Shown: one piece after another, positions 54,729 through 62,274 of the stretch
How the letters are laid out: every line of letters begins with the position of its first letter
Numbering within the stretch: the first letter of the stretch is position 1
Origin: Actinomycetota bacterium
GTDB taxonomy: Bacteria; Actinomycetota; CADDZG01; JAHWKV01; JAOPZY01
Reading direction: 5' to 3'
Assembly (NCBI GenBank): GCA_035765775.1
Contig: DASTWV010000057.1
Span: 27,160-91,159, forward strand
Length of the DNA: 64,000 bases
Made by a program: the position numbers and the translations under genes
The notes under the pieces: generated by a model
Databases searched by the model: none
What the model was told of the DNA's origin: nothing
Seen by the model: the letters and a program-made list of their open reading frames with translations, nothing else

Positions 54729-56597
54729 TCAGTTGATCTTGACGATGGCGCCCTGGACCTGGACCATGGCGCCGCCTTTGAGCTCGGCAGTGGCGTTGGC
54801 GTTGATGCTGATCGTGGCGCCCTGCACCGTGACCTGGGCGGTTCCGTTCGCCTTCAGCTGCACCCCCTTGATCTCGACGTTGCCGCCGCCGCCGTCGATC
54901 GACACCCCGCTGTCGGCCTTGATGCTCACCTGGCGGCCCTTGAGGTCCAGGTTGCCCGCTGCGGTGATCTTGATGTCGCCCGGGGCCCCCTTGCACTCGA
55001 TCTCGATGGTCCCGTCGGCATTGATGGTCAGCTTCTGGTTGTTCTTCGACAGCTTCACGATGTACTTGCTGTCGCCGGTCTGCAGCAGGATCCCGTCGTC
55101 GGTCCCCTCCTTCTCGGTGAAGGAGAGGCGGTGGTGGGTGCGGCTGAAGAAGTCCCGGCGCTGGACCTTGCCCGAGGCATCGTCGATGGTCGGCACCGAG
55201 CCGGTCGGCGGCTTGTCGACGCCGTTGTAGAGCCCGGCCAGCACGTACGGCCGGCGGCTGTCGCCCTGCTCGAAGGCCACCAGCACCTCGTCGCCCACCT
55301 CGGGCACCAGCACGGCCCCGTACCCGTTGCCCGCCGAGATCTGGGCGACCCGCGCCCAGTCGCTTTCGTAGGTATCGTCCAGCCAGGGGAACTTCAGCTT
55401 GACCCGGCACTGGTTCTCCGGGTCCTTGGCATTGGTCACGATCGCCTGCACCACCCCGGGGATGGGTTTCCGGGACGCGGAACCGCTGCCCTTGCCCGCT
55501 GCCCCGCCGGAAGCGAGGCCCAGCAGCGTCGAGTTCTGCTTGCCGCTCACGGTGAAAAAGGTGGTGTAGCCGCCGTCGGGGTCATAGTGGTGGCGGGCGG
55601 AGGTCAGGCGGTACTTACCGTCGAACGGCTTGCCCACCTGCCCGAGGCTGACGGCCGCCCCCGCCTTCAGGTCGGTGTTGCCCAGGGCCACGCCGTCGAA
55701 GGTGGCGGAGGCGCTGCCGATGTCCTCGGCCCGGGCCGCGGCGGCGGCCTCGCACTCGGCCTGCGTGGCGAACGGGATGCTGGCGGCGAGGTGCGTCGGC
55801 GAGCCGAATTTGCCGCCCAGGTCCGCCGGGGTGACATCGAGATGGCTGGCGGAGCTCTTCGCCGGCGACGTCCCCACTATCTCCCGCTTCTGCTTGGGGT
55901 CCCAGCTCCGGACCTTGACCTCCGTGACCTGCTCGGCGGCGGAGACCGCGCAGCGGAAGCTCAGCAGGTTCTCCCCCAGGGTGAGCTGCAACGGGTTGGT
56001 GGAGGCAAGCGTGCCGGGGCCCGGAGCGCCCGACGCCGACTGCGGCTTGCGGAAGTCGAGCTTGCCCTTGGTGACCATCAGCTCGTAGCCCACCTCGGCC
56101 GACAGCCCACCGAGGAAGTCCCAGTCCGAGCAGTTGAACTGCGTGATCACGTCGTGCACGACCGATGTCGAGTCGACGGTCCCCAGCGACAGTCCATTGC
56201 GCTGGGCCACCTTGCCCGCCACGTCCGAGTAGCTCATGTTCTTGTAGGCCGCGGTGGTCCGCCCCCGGAACAAGCGGTGGGACGTGTCGAGTCCGCGGAC
56301 CACCGAGAGCGTCCCCAGCGGGTCGTGCTCGGCCTCCAGGGCCGTGATCTCGGCGTCCTCGATCAGGACCGTTCCCGAGGGGCTGGCATCCGACACCACC
56401 TTGATGGTCACCTTGCCGCCGATCTGGATCCCGGACGAGGCCGCAAACACCACCCGGCCAGGGTCCCGGAAGGTGAGCACGAAGGCGTCCGGGAGGTTGA
56501 GGCTGGTCTCCACGTAGGCGGACACCAGCAGCTCCTCGAGCGACGCGCTGAGCGGGGAGCCTGCGAGGCTCACCGACAGCGAGTGGGTGGGGTTCAT
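54729..56597 (-). CDS. VgrG/gpD-gp5-like central spike protein
   Basis: 622 aa from an internal ATG overlapping the upstream stop (ATGA). An N-terminal Phage_GPD-like region and a middle OB/gp5-like region (GVVQAIVTNAKDPENQCRVKLKFPWLDDTYESDWARVAQISAGNGYGAVLVPEVGDEVLVAFEQGDSRRPYVLAGLYNG) are present. The C-terminus is a beta-helix of repeats (KLTINADGTIEIECKG...DIKITAAGNLDLKGRQVSIKADSGVSIDGGGGNVEIKG...). Confidence 0.85.
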   Translation of the reverse strand: MNPTHSLSVSLAGSPLSASLEELLVSAYVETSLNLPDAFVLTFRDPGRVVFAASSGIQIGGKVTIKVVSDASPSGTVLIEDAEITALEAEHDPLGTLSVVRGLDTSHRLFRGRTTAAYKNMSYSDVAGKVAQRNGLSLGTVDSTSVVHDVITQFNCSDWDFLGGLSAEVGYELMVTKGKLDFRKPQSASGAPGPGTLASTNPLQLTLGENLLSFRCAVSAAEQVTEVKVRSWDPKQKREIVGTSPAKSSASHLDVTPADLGGKFGSPTHLAASIPFATQAECEAAAAARAEDIGSASATFDGVALGNTDLKAGAAVSLGQVGKPFDGKYRLTSARHHYDPDGGYTTFFTVSGKQNSTLLGLASGGAAGKGSGSASRKPIPGVVQAIVTNAKDPENQCRVKLKFPWLDDTYESDWARVAQISAGNGYGAVLVPEVGDEVLVAFEQGDSRRPYVLAGLYNGVDKPPTGSVPTIDDASGKVQRRDFFSRTHHRLSFTEKEGTDDGILLQTGDSKYIVKLSKNNQKLTINADGTIEIECKGAPGDIKITAAGNLDLKGRQVSIKADSGVSIDGGGGNVEIKGVQLKANGTAQVTVQGATISINANATAELKGGAMVQVQGAIVKIN

Positions 56598-57310
56598 GCC
56601 GGCCCCGCTGCCGAGGAGATCGAGGGGATGAGCAGGTGGCGACCGGCGGCCACCCGGAGCGGGTCGTCGATCCCATTGGCCTCGGCCAGCGCCCGCCACA
56701 GCGTCGGGTCGCCGTACTCCTGGTAGGCGATGCCAGCCAGCGTGTCCCCCTCGAGGAACTGGCGGGTCGCCATCGCCGCCAGAGCCCCCGAGGTGGGGTT
56801 CTGCTTGCCCTGCTTGGTCGGCAGCTCGTGCAGGGTGAGGGAGCACACCGCCCGGATCGGCTTGCCGTTGGGGTGGAACAGCGTGTAGCGGGCGCTGACC
56901 TGCTGGATGTAGCCCACGAAGTACACCTTGTCCCAGCCGAAGCGCACCGCAGGGGGCACCGGCCGGTCCTTGCCCTGCGAGGCGGACGTCGGCGTGCAGG
57001 CATCGATGAGCTTCTGCACGTCCTTGGAGACGTCCCCGTCGGACTCCTCCGAGGCGTCGAGGAACATCTCCAGGCTCATGTGCGACGGGTTGGGCCCCAT
57101 GTACTGCGCCGGCCCGGCGTTGCTGCTGCCGGCGACGTTGGTGGTCTGCCAGTTGGCGCTCTTGGCGATGGAGAACTCCTGGGGGTTGAACTGGAAGTGG
57201 ATGGTGCCCGTGGTCGAGCCGGCGCTCACCTCGCCGGTCGAGGAGCTCTTGATCTCGGCCAGCTCCAGGTAGGCCATGGTGAAGCCCGAGGGCGGGGGTC
57301 CTATGGGCAT
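56594..57310 (-). CDS. LysM-domain baseplate hub / tube-initiator-like protein (Afp7/Pvc7 position)
   Basis: The C-terminal LysM domain reads GDTLAGIAYQEYGDPTLWRALAEANGIDDPLRVAAGRHLLIPS. The N-terminal ~180 aa is beta-rich and tube-like. Position between the tube and spike genes. Confidence 0.7.
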   Translation of the reverse strand: MPIGPPPSGFTMAYLELAEIKSSSTGEVSAGSTTGTIHFQFNPQEFSIAKSANWQTTNVAGSSNAGPAQYMGPNPSHMSLEMFLDASEESDGDVSKDVQKLIDACTPTSASQGKDRPVPPAVRFGWDKVYFVGYIQQVSARYTLFHPNGKPIRAVCSLTLHELPTKQGKQNPTSGALAAMATRQFLEGDTLAGIAYQEYGDPTLWRALAEANGIDDPLRVAAGRHLLIPSISSAAGPA

Positions 57311-57313
57311 GGC

Positions 57314-57754
57314 CTACGCCGCCTCGAGGGTGAAGCCGTTGTGGGCGATCTCGAGCGATTCCTCCGCCACCTTGGGCGACTCCGCCGAGAACGAGGGCCC
57401 GCTCCACTTCACCGGGATGACCCCGGTCAGGTGCCAGGTCACCAGGCGGTTGCCCTGCGGGGTGAGCGCCACGATCTCGGCCGAGGTGCGCTTGACCCCC
57501 TTCGCCAGCCCGGCCAGCCAGGAGGCCACCTTGATGCTCTCCGGGCCGATCGGGCGGGTGAAGCGCACGTTGGAGAAGGTGATGCGCACCGGCAGCTTCC
57601 AGACGTAGCCGTTGTTGCCCCCCTCGACCCGCTCCTCGGTGACGACGTCCATCGACAGCCCGTCGCAGGTGGTGAACTCGCCCAGGTCCACGCCGTCGAT
57701 GCGCACGTGGAAGTAGAGGGCGACTGCTGGGTCGGTGTCGGTGGCGCCGGGCAC
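57314..57754 (-). CDS. Tail tube protein (T4 gp19 / Afp1-5 family)
   Basis: 146 aa. ALYFHVRIDGVDLGEFTTCDGLSMDVVTEE....VWKLPVRITFSNVRFTRP is characteristic of the Phage_T4_gp19 tube family. Confidence 0.85.
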   Translation of the reverse strand: MPGATDTDPAVALYFHVRIDGVDLGEFTTCDGLSMDVVTEERVEGGNNGYVWKLPVRITFSNVRFTRPIGPESIKVASWLAGLAKGVKRTSAEIVALTPQGNRLVTWHLTGVIPVKWSGPSFSAESPKVAEESLEIAHNGFTLEAA

Positions 57755-57770
57755 GTCGGTCGGTTTCCTT

Positions 57771-60700
57771 TCAGGTGAGGTCGGTCAGGAGTCCCGCCCG
57801 CTCCCGGTCGTGCCAGAGCTCCCGGCGCAGGTAGGGCCGGAGGCGGGGGTAGAGGCGGCGGGCGAGCTCATCGATGTCGTCGGGCAGGGCTTTGTTCGGC
57901 TCCACCGGGGCCGTCTCGGGGCCGGCGGTGGCCGCAGATGCCGCCGGGCTGGTTGCCGGTGAACGTGGGGCCGGGGAGGTTCTGGGCGGGCTGGCCATGG
58001 GGGACGGGGTGCCGGTGGCGGTTTCTGTCGGCGCTCGCTGCACCATGCGGAACACCTGCTCCGCCGTGGGGCGGGTGGGAGCAGGAGATAGCCGCAGGAT
58101 GGGGGCGGGAAGCGGGGAGCGGGACACCAGGGCATCCATGGAAGCCCTACCCCCCGGCGCCGACCGGGGCTGGGACGACGGGGCGGCCGGCGTTGCCGGG
58201 GCGGCCGGCGTTGCCGGGGCGGCCGGGCCGTGGCCGGGGAGAGATCGTTGCAGGGCGCGGACCCCGAGGAGCGGAGTCGGTGCCTCGGGCAGCCTGGGGG
58301 CCGCCCACGGGGTGGCGGTCGGCATCGGGAGGGCCGGCAGGTCGGCGCCGGTGGGGTCTGGGTGCGCGGGGCCCGGAGGCGGCGAATTGGGCAGAACCCC
58401 GGTGGCGTCGGCCTCACCTCGCCCCCGGAGGGCGGTGGCGATCGGGCGCTCGGGGAGCGGGGCGGTATGGCCGGCCGGGACCCGGTGCGCGGGGCCCGGA
58501 GGCGAACTGGACAACAAAAGCCGTGAGTTCTGAGGGTAATGGTGCGCGGAAACCTCGGGGCTGGGCGCGACGCCGGCGCTGGGCAGCGCCGTGGCGATCG
58601 GGCGCTCGGGCAGCGGGGCGATGTGCTCGACCGGGGATGGGGACCGCTCTGGGAGCGCCGGAAGGTTGACCAAGTGGGATTCGGTGGGTGAATGGGGCAA
58701 CAAGACCGGTGGATGCTGCGCGTGACGCTGCGCGGAAACCTCAGGACGGGCCGGCGTTGCGGCAGCGCCTTCGTCCGTTGGGCGGGGCAAGGCGGTGGCG
58801 ATGGGACGCTCCGCCAGCGATGAGATCTCCCAGCTGCGTGGCGCCGAAGGTTCGGCGAATGTGCCCGGCAGCCGAGAAGCACCCTCCTTGCTCAGTTCGA
58901 GCCCAGTCCCGGGCAGCTCGGCCGGCACGGGGGGGCTTTGGTGCTGGGAGTCTGCGGGCAGCGCGGTGGCGATCGGGCGCTCCGTGAGCGGCGCAACCCC
59001 GGTGGCCGGGACGGCCTGCGCCGGGTCCGTCTGCGCCGCGTCGGTCTGCGCCGGGAGGGCGGCCGCCGGCCCCCCGGGGACAACCGGGAGCGTCGGCTCC
59101 GGGATTCTGTGTACACCGGGGTGCTCCATATGGCGCTGCGTGTACACAGAATCCGGGGTTGGCGACAATCGCTGGGCGGTTCGCTCGGGAGCTGCGCCCC
59201 GGGCGGTCAGCGGCGGGGCAGGCGGCGACGCGGACGGGACACTCTCGGGCAGCCGGGCGGGGACGACCGCCCCGCGCATCGCCCCGGCGGGGTTTCCGGC
59301 GCCCTCGCTGAGCGGCGGAGCAGCCTCGGGCAACGAGGTCGAGATCGGTCGGTCGGCCAGCGGCGGTGCGGCGGGTGAGCTGACCGATGGATCGGGGCCT
59401 TCCGTGATCCGCTGCGGTGCCGGTTCCGGGGTCTGCGACGAGAGAGGTGCCGGCGGCCACGATGTAATGGGCACATCCTCCGGGATCCGGACGGCGGGTG
59501 CCTCGCCACGCTCCGCTGGAACGGTGCCGGCGCTCCCATCCGGCGGCAGGGGCGGTGCCACCTCGGGCAGCGCGGTCTCGATCGGTCGTTCGGCCAGGGG
59601 GGGTGTGACCAGCGCTCTGGTGGCCGCCGAAGAAGGAGCGTCGACGAGCTGCTGCACCGGCGCCTCCGGCTTGGACGCGAGGTCCGCCGGAGGAGCACCG
59701 GCCTTGCCCGGCAACGGTGCCCCCAGCCCGAGGCCCAGCTGGCGGATGGTCCGTCGCTTCACGGCCACCGGAGCGGTCCGGGCCACAGCCGCTGCTCCGG
59801 GTGCCACGACGGGCGAAGAGGGCGATGCCGGACCCGGTGCGGCCGGGGAGCGCGGCGGGGCTATAGGCGGACCCGAAGGATCCGAGGGCCCCGGCAACGG
59901 CGAGGCAATCGGCGGAGCCGCCGAGGCAGGGCTGCCCGCGGCGGCAGGGCCAGACGGAACGGCGGGGGGAGCCGAGCGGACCACCGGGGCCGCCGGGAGA
60001 CGCTGGATCGGTGGCCCGGACGGGACGGGAGTGACCGGTCCGCCGTTCCGGGATGCGGCCGGCCGGGGGGCCGCGGCCGGAGGCACCGGCCGGGGCGGAA
60101 GCTGGTCGGGTGGCGACACCAGGTCCGCCGGCCCCTCGGCGGCGGGGGGCAACGTCTCGGCTCCTAGCGTCGGCGCCTCCATCGGCCGTCCTTGGGGTGC
60201 CATGGAGGGAACGGGCGGTTCGGCGACCGGTTCGACGGGCAGCCCAGCGACTGTCTGCGCCACCGGCCCCGCAGGGTCTGCAGAGGGAACACCGACCGGG
60301 GCAACGCGGGGCAAAGGGATGGTCGCGGCAGGGGCTGCCACCGACCGCGAGACGGACGGCATCTCCACCGCCGGGAGCTCCCGGGGCACCAGGCCTTTCG
60401 GGGCTGCCTGGAGGAGCGGCCGGATCGGCTTGGAAACTGGGACCGCGGGACTGGCCCCCCTCGGGGCCGCGCCGGCGGAGTCCCGCCCGCTGAGCTGGCC
60501 CGGATCCGGAACCGGGTCGATCTCCCGGGCCGGCGCGCCCGCCGACTGCTGCTGCACCTGAGGCTCCGCCCCGGTCTCGACTAGCGACCCCGGCACCACC
60601 GCATCCGATCCCAGCACCACAACCGGCCCCGGCACCGGCACCGGCGCCCCAACTGCCGGGGGAACGGGGGCAGCGGGCTCGCTCCACCGGATCGCCGGGG

Positions 60701-61148
60701 GGTCGGCCGCCCGGAACACGGTCCGCCAGGTCCGCTCCCGCCCAGGCCCTCCGGCCCGCCGCCGGGGAGCACGGGGAGCACGTTGGGCACGGGGAGCACG
60801 GGGGGCAAGGGGCGGGGAAGCTACCTGACGCTGCACGGGTGCCGGGGCCACCACAGAGGTCAGCCCGCTCACCAGGCCTGCCGGCGCTTCCTCCGACACC
60901 CCGTGCGCCAGCGGCGCCAGGAAGGGGTAGGGCGCCGTCTGGGCGGCAAGGCCGTCCTTGAAACTCTGGACCCCCACCACGGTGGGCATCGCACCGAGGA
61001 CCGGCTCGAACCCGCGGGCGGCCCGCCACTCCCCGGCCTCGGGGCGCGCAGAGGCGGGCGGCGTCACCGGCGGGGCGACGGGAACCGACTCAGGCCGCGC
61101 ACCCTGACCGGCACCGCGGCCAGCCCGGGCACCGAAACCGCCCCGCAC
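57771..61148 (-). CDS. Pro/Ala-rich tandem-repeat protein in tape-measure position (putative length determinant)
   Basis: 1125 aa with high GC3 throughout. There are at least 7 divergent ~55-60-aa repeats sharing the core P-L-(A/T)-(E/D)-R-P-I-(A/S/E)-T-(A/S)-L-P. The core is conserved at amino-acid level despite nucleotide divergence. The distinct charged C-terminus is DIDELARRLYPRLRPYLRRELWHDRERAGLLTDLT. The gene is tightly packed between the two tube genes (7-nt and 16-nt gaps). Confidence 0.6.
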   Translation of the reverse strand: MRGGFGARAGRGAGQGARPESVPVAPPVTPPASARPEAGEWRAARGFEPVLGAMPTVVGVQSFKDGLAAQTAPYPFLAPLAHGVSEEAPAGLVSGLTSVVAPAPVQRQVASPPLAPRAPRAQRAPRAPRRRAGGPGRERTWRTVFRAADPPAIRWSEPAAPVPPAVGAPVPVPGPVVVLGSDAVVPGSLVETGAEPQVQQQSAGAPAREIDPVPDPGQLSGRDSAGAAPRGASPAVPVSKPIRPLLQAAPKGLVPRELPAVEMPSVSRSVAAPAATIPLPRVAPVGVPSADPAGPVAQTVAGLPVEPVAEPPVPSMAPQGRPMEAPTLGAETLPPAAEGPADLVSPPDQLPPRPVPPAAAPRPAASRNGGPVTPVPSGPPIQRLPAAPVVRSAPPAVPSGPAAAGSPASAAPPIASPLPGPSDPSGPPIAPPRSPAAPGPASPSSPVVAPGAAAVARTAPVAVKRRTIRQLGLGLGAPLPGKAGAPPADLASKPEAPVQQLVDAPSSAATRALVTPPLAERPIETALPEVAPPLPPDGSAGTVPAERGEAPAVRIPEDVPITSWPPAPLSSQTPEPAPQRITEGPDPSVSSPAAPPLADRPISTSLPEAAPPLSEGAGNPAGAMRGAVVPARLPESVPSASPPAPPLTARGAAPERTAQRLSPTPDSVYTQRHMEHPGVHRIPEPTLPVVPGGPAAALPAQTDAAQTDPAQAVPATGVAPLTERPIATALPADSQHQSPPVPAELPGTGLELSKEGASRLPGTFAEPSAPRSWEISSLAERPIATALPRPTDEGAAATPARPEVSAQRHAQHPPVLLPHSPTESHLVNLPALPERSPSPVEHIAPLPERPIATALPSAGVAPSPEVSAHHYPQNSRLLLSSSPPGPAHRVPAGHTAPLPERPIATALRGRGEADATGVLPNSPPPGPAHPDPTGADLPALPMPTATPWAAPRLPEAPTPLLGVRALQRSLPGHGPAAPATPAAPATPAAPSSQPRSAPGGRASMDALVSRSPLPAPILRLSPAPTRPTAEQVFRMVQRAPTETATGTPSPMASPPRTSPAPRSPATSPAASAATAGPETAPVEPNKALPDDIDELARRLYPRLRPYLRRELWHDRERAGLLTDLT
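58430..59620. repeat. Tandem array of degenerate ~165-190-bp repeats (coding; inside the Pro-rich ORF)
   Basis: Recurring core GGCGGTGGCGATCGGGCGCTC(G/C)G(G/C)GAGCGG and variants at ~58433, 58596, 58790, 58959, 59338 and 59571 on the plus strand. The reverse complement encodes ...ERPIATA.... Confidence 0.6.
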
Positions 61149-61154
61149 CGGGGC

Positions 61155-61313
61155 TCACCTACCCCGGTCCTGTTCCTCGTTCAGCCGTCCGATCTCCTTC
61201 ACGAAGCGCTGCCGGACGGGATGCTCGAGGTCCAGGATGTCGTCGAGGCTCCAGTGGAAGTGGTAGGCGACGTACGCGACCTCCCGGTAGAGCCGGTCTG
61301 GCGCGTACGTCAC
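61155..61313 (-). CDS. Small ORF (52 aa) in -1 frame overlapping the preceding gene's stop
   Basis: The GTG start overlaps the TGA of ORF 61310..61783 (tcGTGAcg). It encodes VTYAPDRLYREVAYVAYHFHWSLDDILDLEHPVRQRFVKEIGRLNEEQDRGR, which is protein-like and has high GC3, and it ends 7 nt before the Pro-rich gene. It may be an independent small protein or a -1 frameshift extension. Confidence 0.3.
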   Translation of the reverse strand: MTYAPDRLYREVAYVAYHFHWSLDDILDLEHPVRQRFVKEIGRLNEEQDRGR

Positions 61314-61783
61314 GATTCCCCCAGGCGACCACCGGCCACATCGACCGAGAAGTTGTGCTCGCAGGCCGGGCAGGTCACCGCGGCCCGGGTGTGGCCCTCT
61401 TCGTTGATCCGCCGGTAGAGGTCCTGGAGGAACGCCACGTCGGAGGCGAACATGTTCTCCAGCACCCCACCGTGGATGTCCTCCACCGTCCCCAGCCGGG
61501 TGATCACCCGGGCCAGCAGCACGATGGTCAGGTAGGCAGGGTTCTCCTTGACCCGGTCGTCGTGCAGCGGCAAGAGCTCGTCCCGGGCGGTCGCCAGGCG
61601 CATGGCGCCGTTGCGGTGCACCGTGCCCGACCGGTCGACATAGCCCCGGGGGAGCACGAAATCGAACTCGGTCTGGAGCTTGCGCGGCTCCTCCGCGCGC
61701 CCCGCCCCGCGCCCGGAACCCTCGGAGGGCGCGTCGTCCTCGCTCCTGCCCGCCTCCAGGACGGGCGCCAGTCCCCGGCGCAT
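61310..61783 (-). CDS. Hypothetical CIS-associated protein (possible tape-measure/tail assembly chaperone)
   Basis: <=157 aa. Protein-like segments include EFDFVLPRGYVDRSGTVHRNGAMRLATARDELLPLHDDRVKENPAYLTIVLLARVITRLGTVEDIHGGVLENMFASDVAFLQDLYRRINEEGH, plus CxxC (TCPACEH). The start overlaps the tube gene stop by 1 nt, although the true start may lie further downstream. Confidence 0.45.
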   Translation of the reverse strand: MRRGLAPVLEAGRSEDDAPSEGSGRGAGRAEEPRKLQTEFDFVLPRGYVDRSGTVHRNGAMRLATARDELLPLHDDRVKENPAYLTIVLLARVITRLGTVEDIHGGVLENMFASDVAFLQDLYRRINEEGHTRAAVTCPACEHNFSVDVAGGRLGES

Positions 61784-62226
61784 CAGGCGGGTGCGCAGCC
61801 TTCGTGGGCGATCGTGAGCTTCTCGGTGAGGATGCTGGTGTCACCGGCTTTCAACGTCCCCACCTCCAGCACCTTGGGCCAGCAGTTGGTCAGCTTGTAG
61901 CGCATGATCTCGGCACCCTGGTAGTCGTAGACAATCACCGAGCCGCCCTTCCGGGAGACGGGCATGTTGCCCTGGTGAGCGTCCTTGACCCAGTCCTGGA
62001 AGGTCTTGTCCGACGTCAGGCCCCGGGTGATGCTGATCTCGCCGATCTTCGGCCGGCCGGGGAGCTGCTTGTTGACGTACTTGCCGTCTTTGGTGTTGGC
62101 CTTGAGCTCGATGACGTCCTGCTCCATCTTCACGCCCGACAGCTCCTGGATCTGCTTGATCTGGATGCCGTCGAATTCGAACCCGAACGACCAGCCAACA
62201 CTCGCATCCTCATCGGGCAGGGCCAT
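61783..62226 (-). CDS. Tail tube protein (T4 gp19 / Afp1-family), second paralogue
   Basis: 147 aa. WSFGFEFDGIQIKQIQELSGVKMEQDVIELK....YKLTNCWPKVLEVGTLKAGDTSILTEKLTIAHEG fits the Phage_T4_gp19 family. Confidence 0.85.
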   Translation of the reverse strand: MALPDEDASVGWSFGFEFDGIQIKQIQELSGVKMEQDVIELKANTKDGKYVNKQLPGRPKIGEISITRGLTSDKTFQDWVKDAHQGNMPVSRKGGSVIVYDYQGAEIMRYKLTNCWPKVLEVGTLKAGDTSILTEKLTIAHEGCAPA

Positions 62227-62274
62227 AGGACCTGTACCCCCTTTCGTTCAGTAGCAGGCAGTAAGCAGGGACGG

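Noticed and set aside
54280-55410. 376-aa ORF spanning gp25 and part of the spike gene
   Set aside because: The upstream 230 aa is an off-frame read-through of the VgrG gene with Arg/Gly/Asp-rich nonsense. Only the last 140 aa match GPW_gp25, with a GTG start behind a GAGGGAG RBS.
58430-59620. Regularly spaced ~30-bp repeat cores that could be read as a CRISPR-like or non-coding repeat array
   Set aside because: Spacing is ~165-190 bp, not 60-70 bp. The repeats diverge at synonymous positions and encode a conserved peptide motif in a long high-GC3 ORF, so they are coding tandem repeats. No cas genes are present.
61300-61330. Canonical -1 programmed frameshift site between the two small CIS ORFs
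   Set aside because: The sequence at the junction (CTG GGG GAA TCG TGA) does not satisfy X XXY YYZ re-pairing. Coupled GTG re-initiation is at least as likely, so the frameshift is kept only as a hypothesis.
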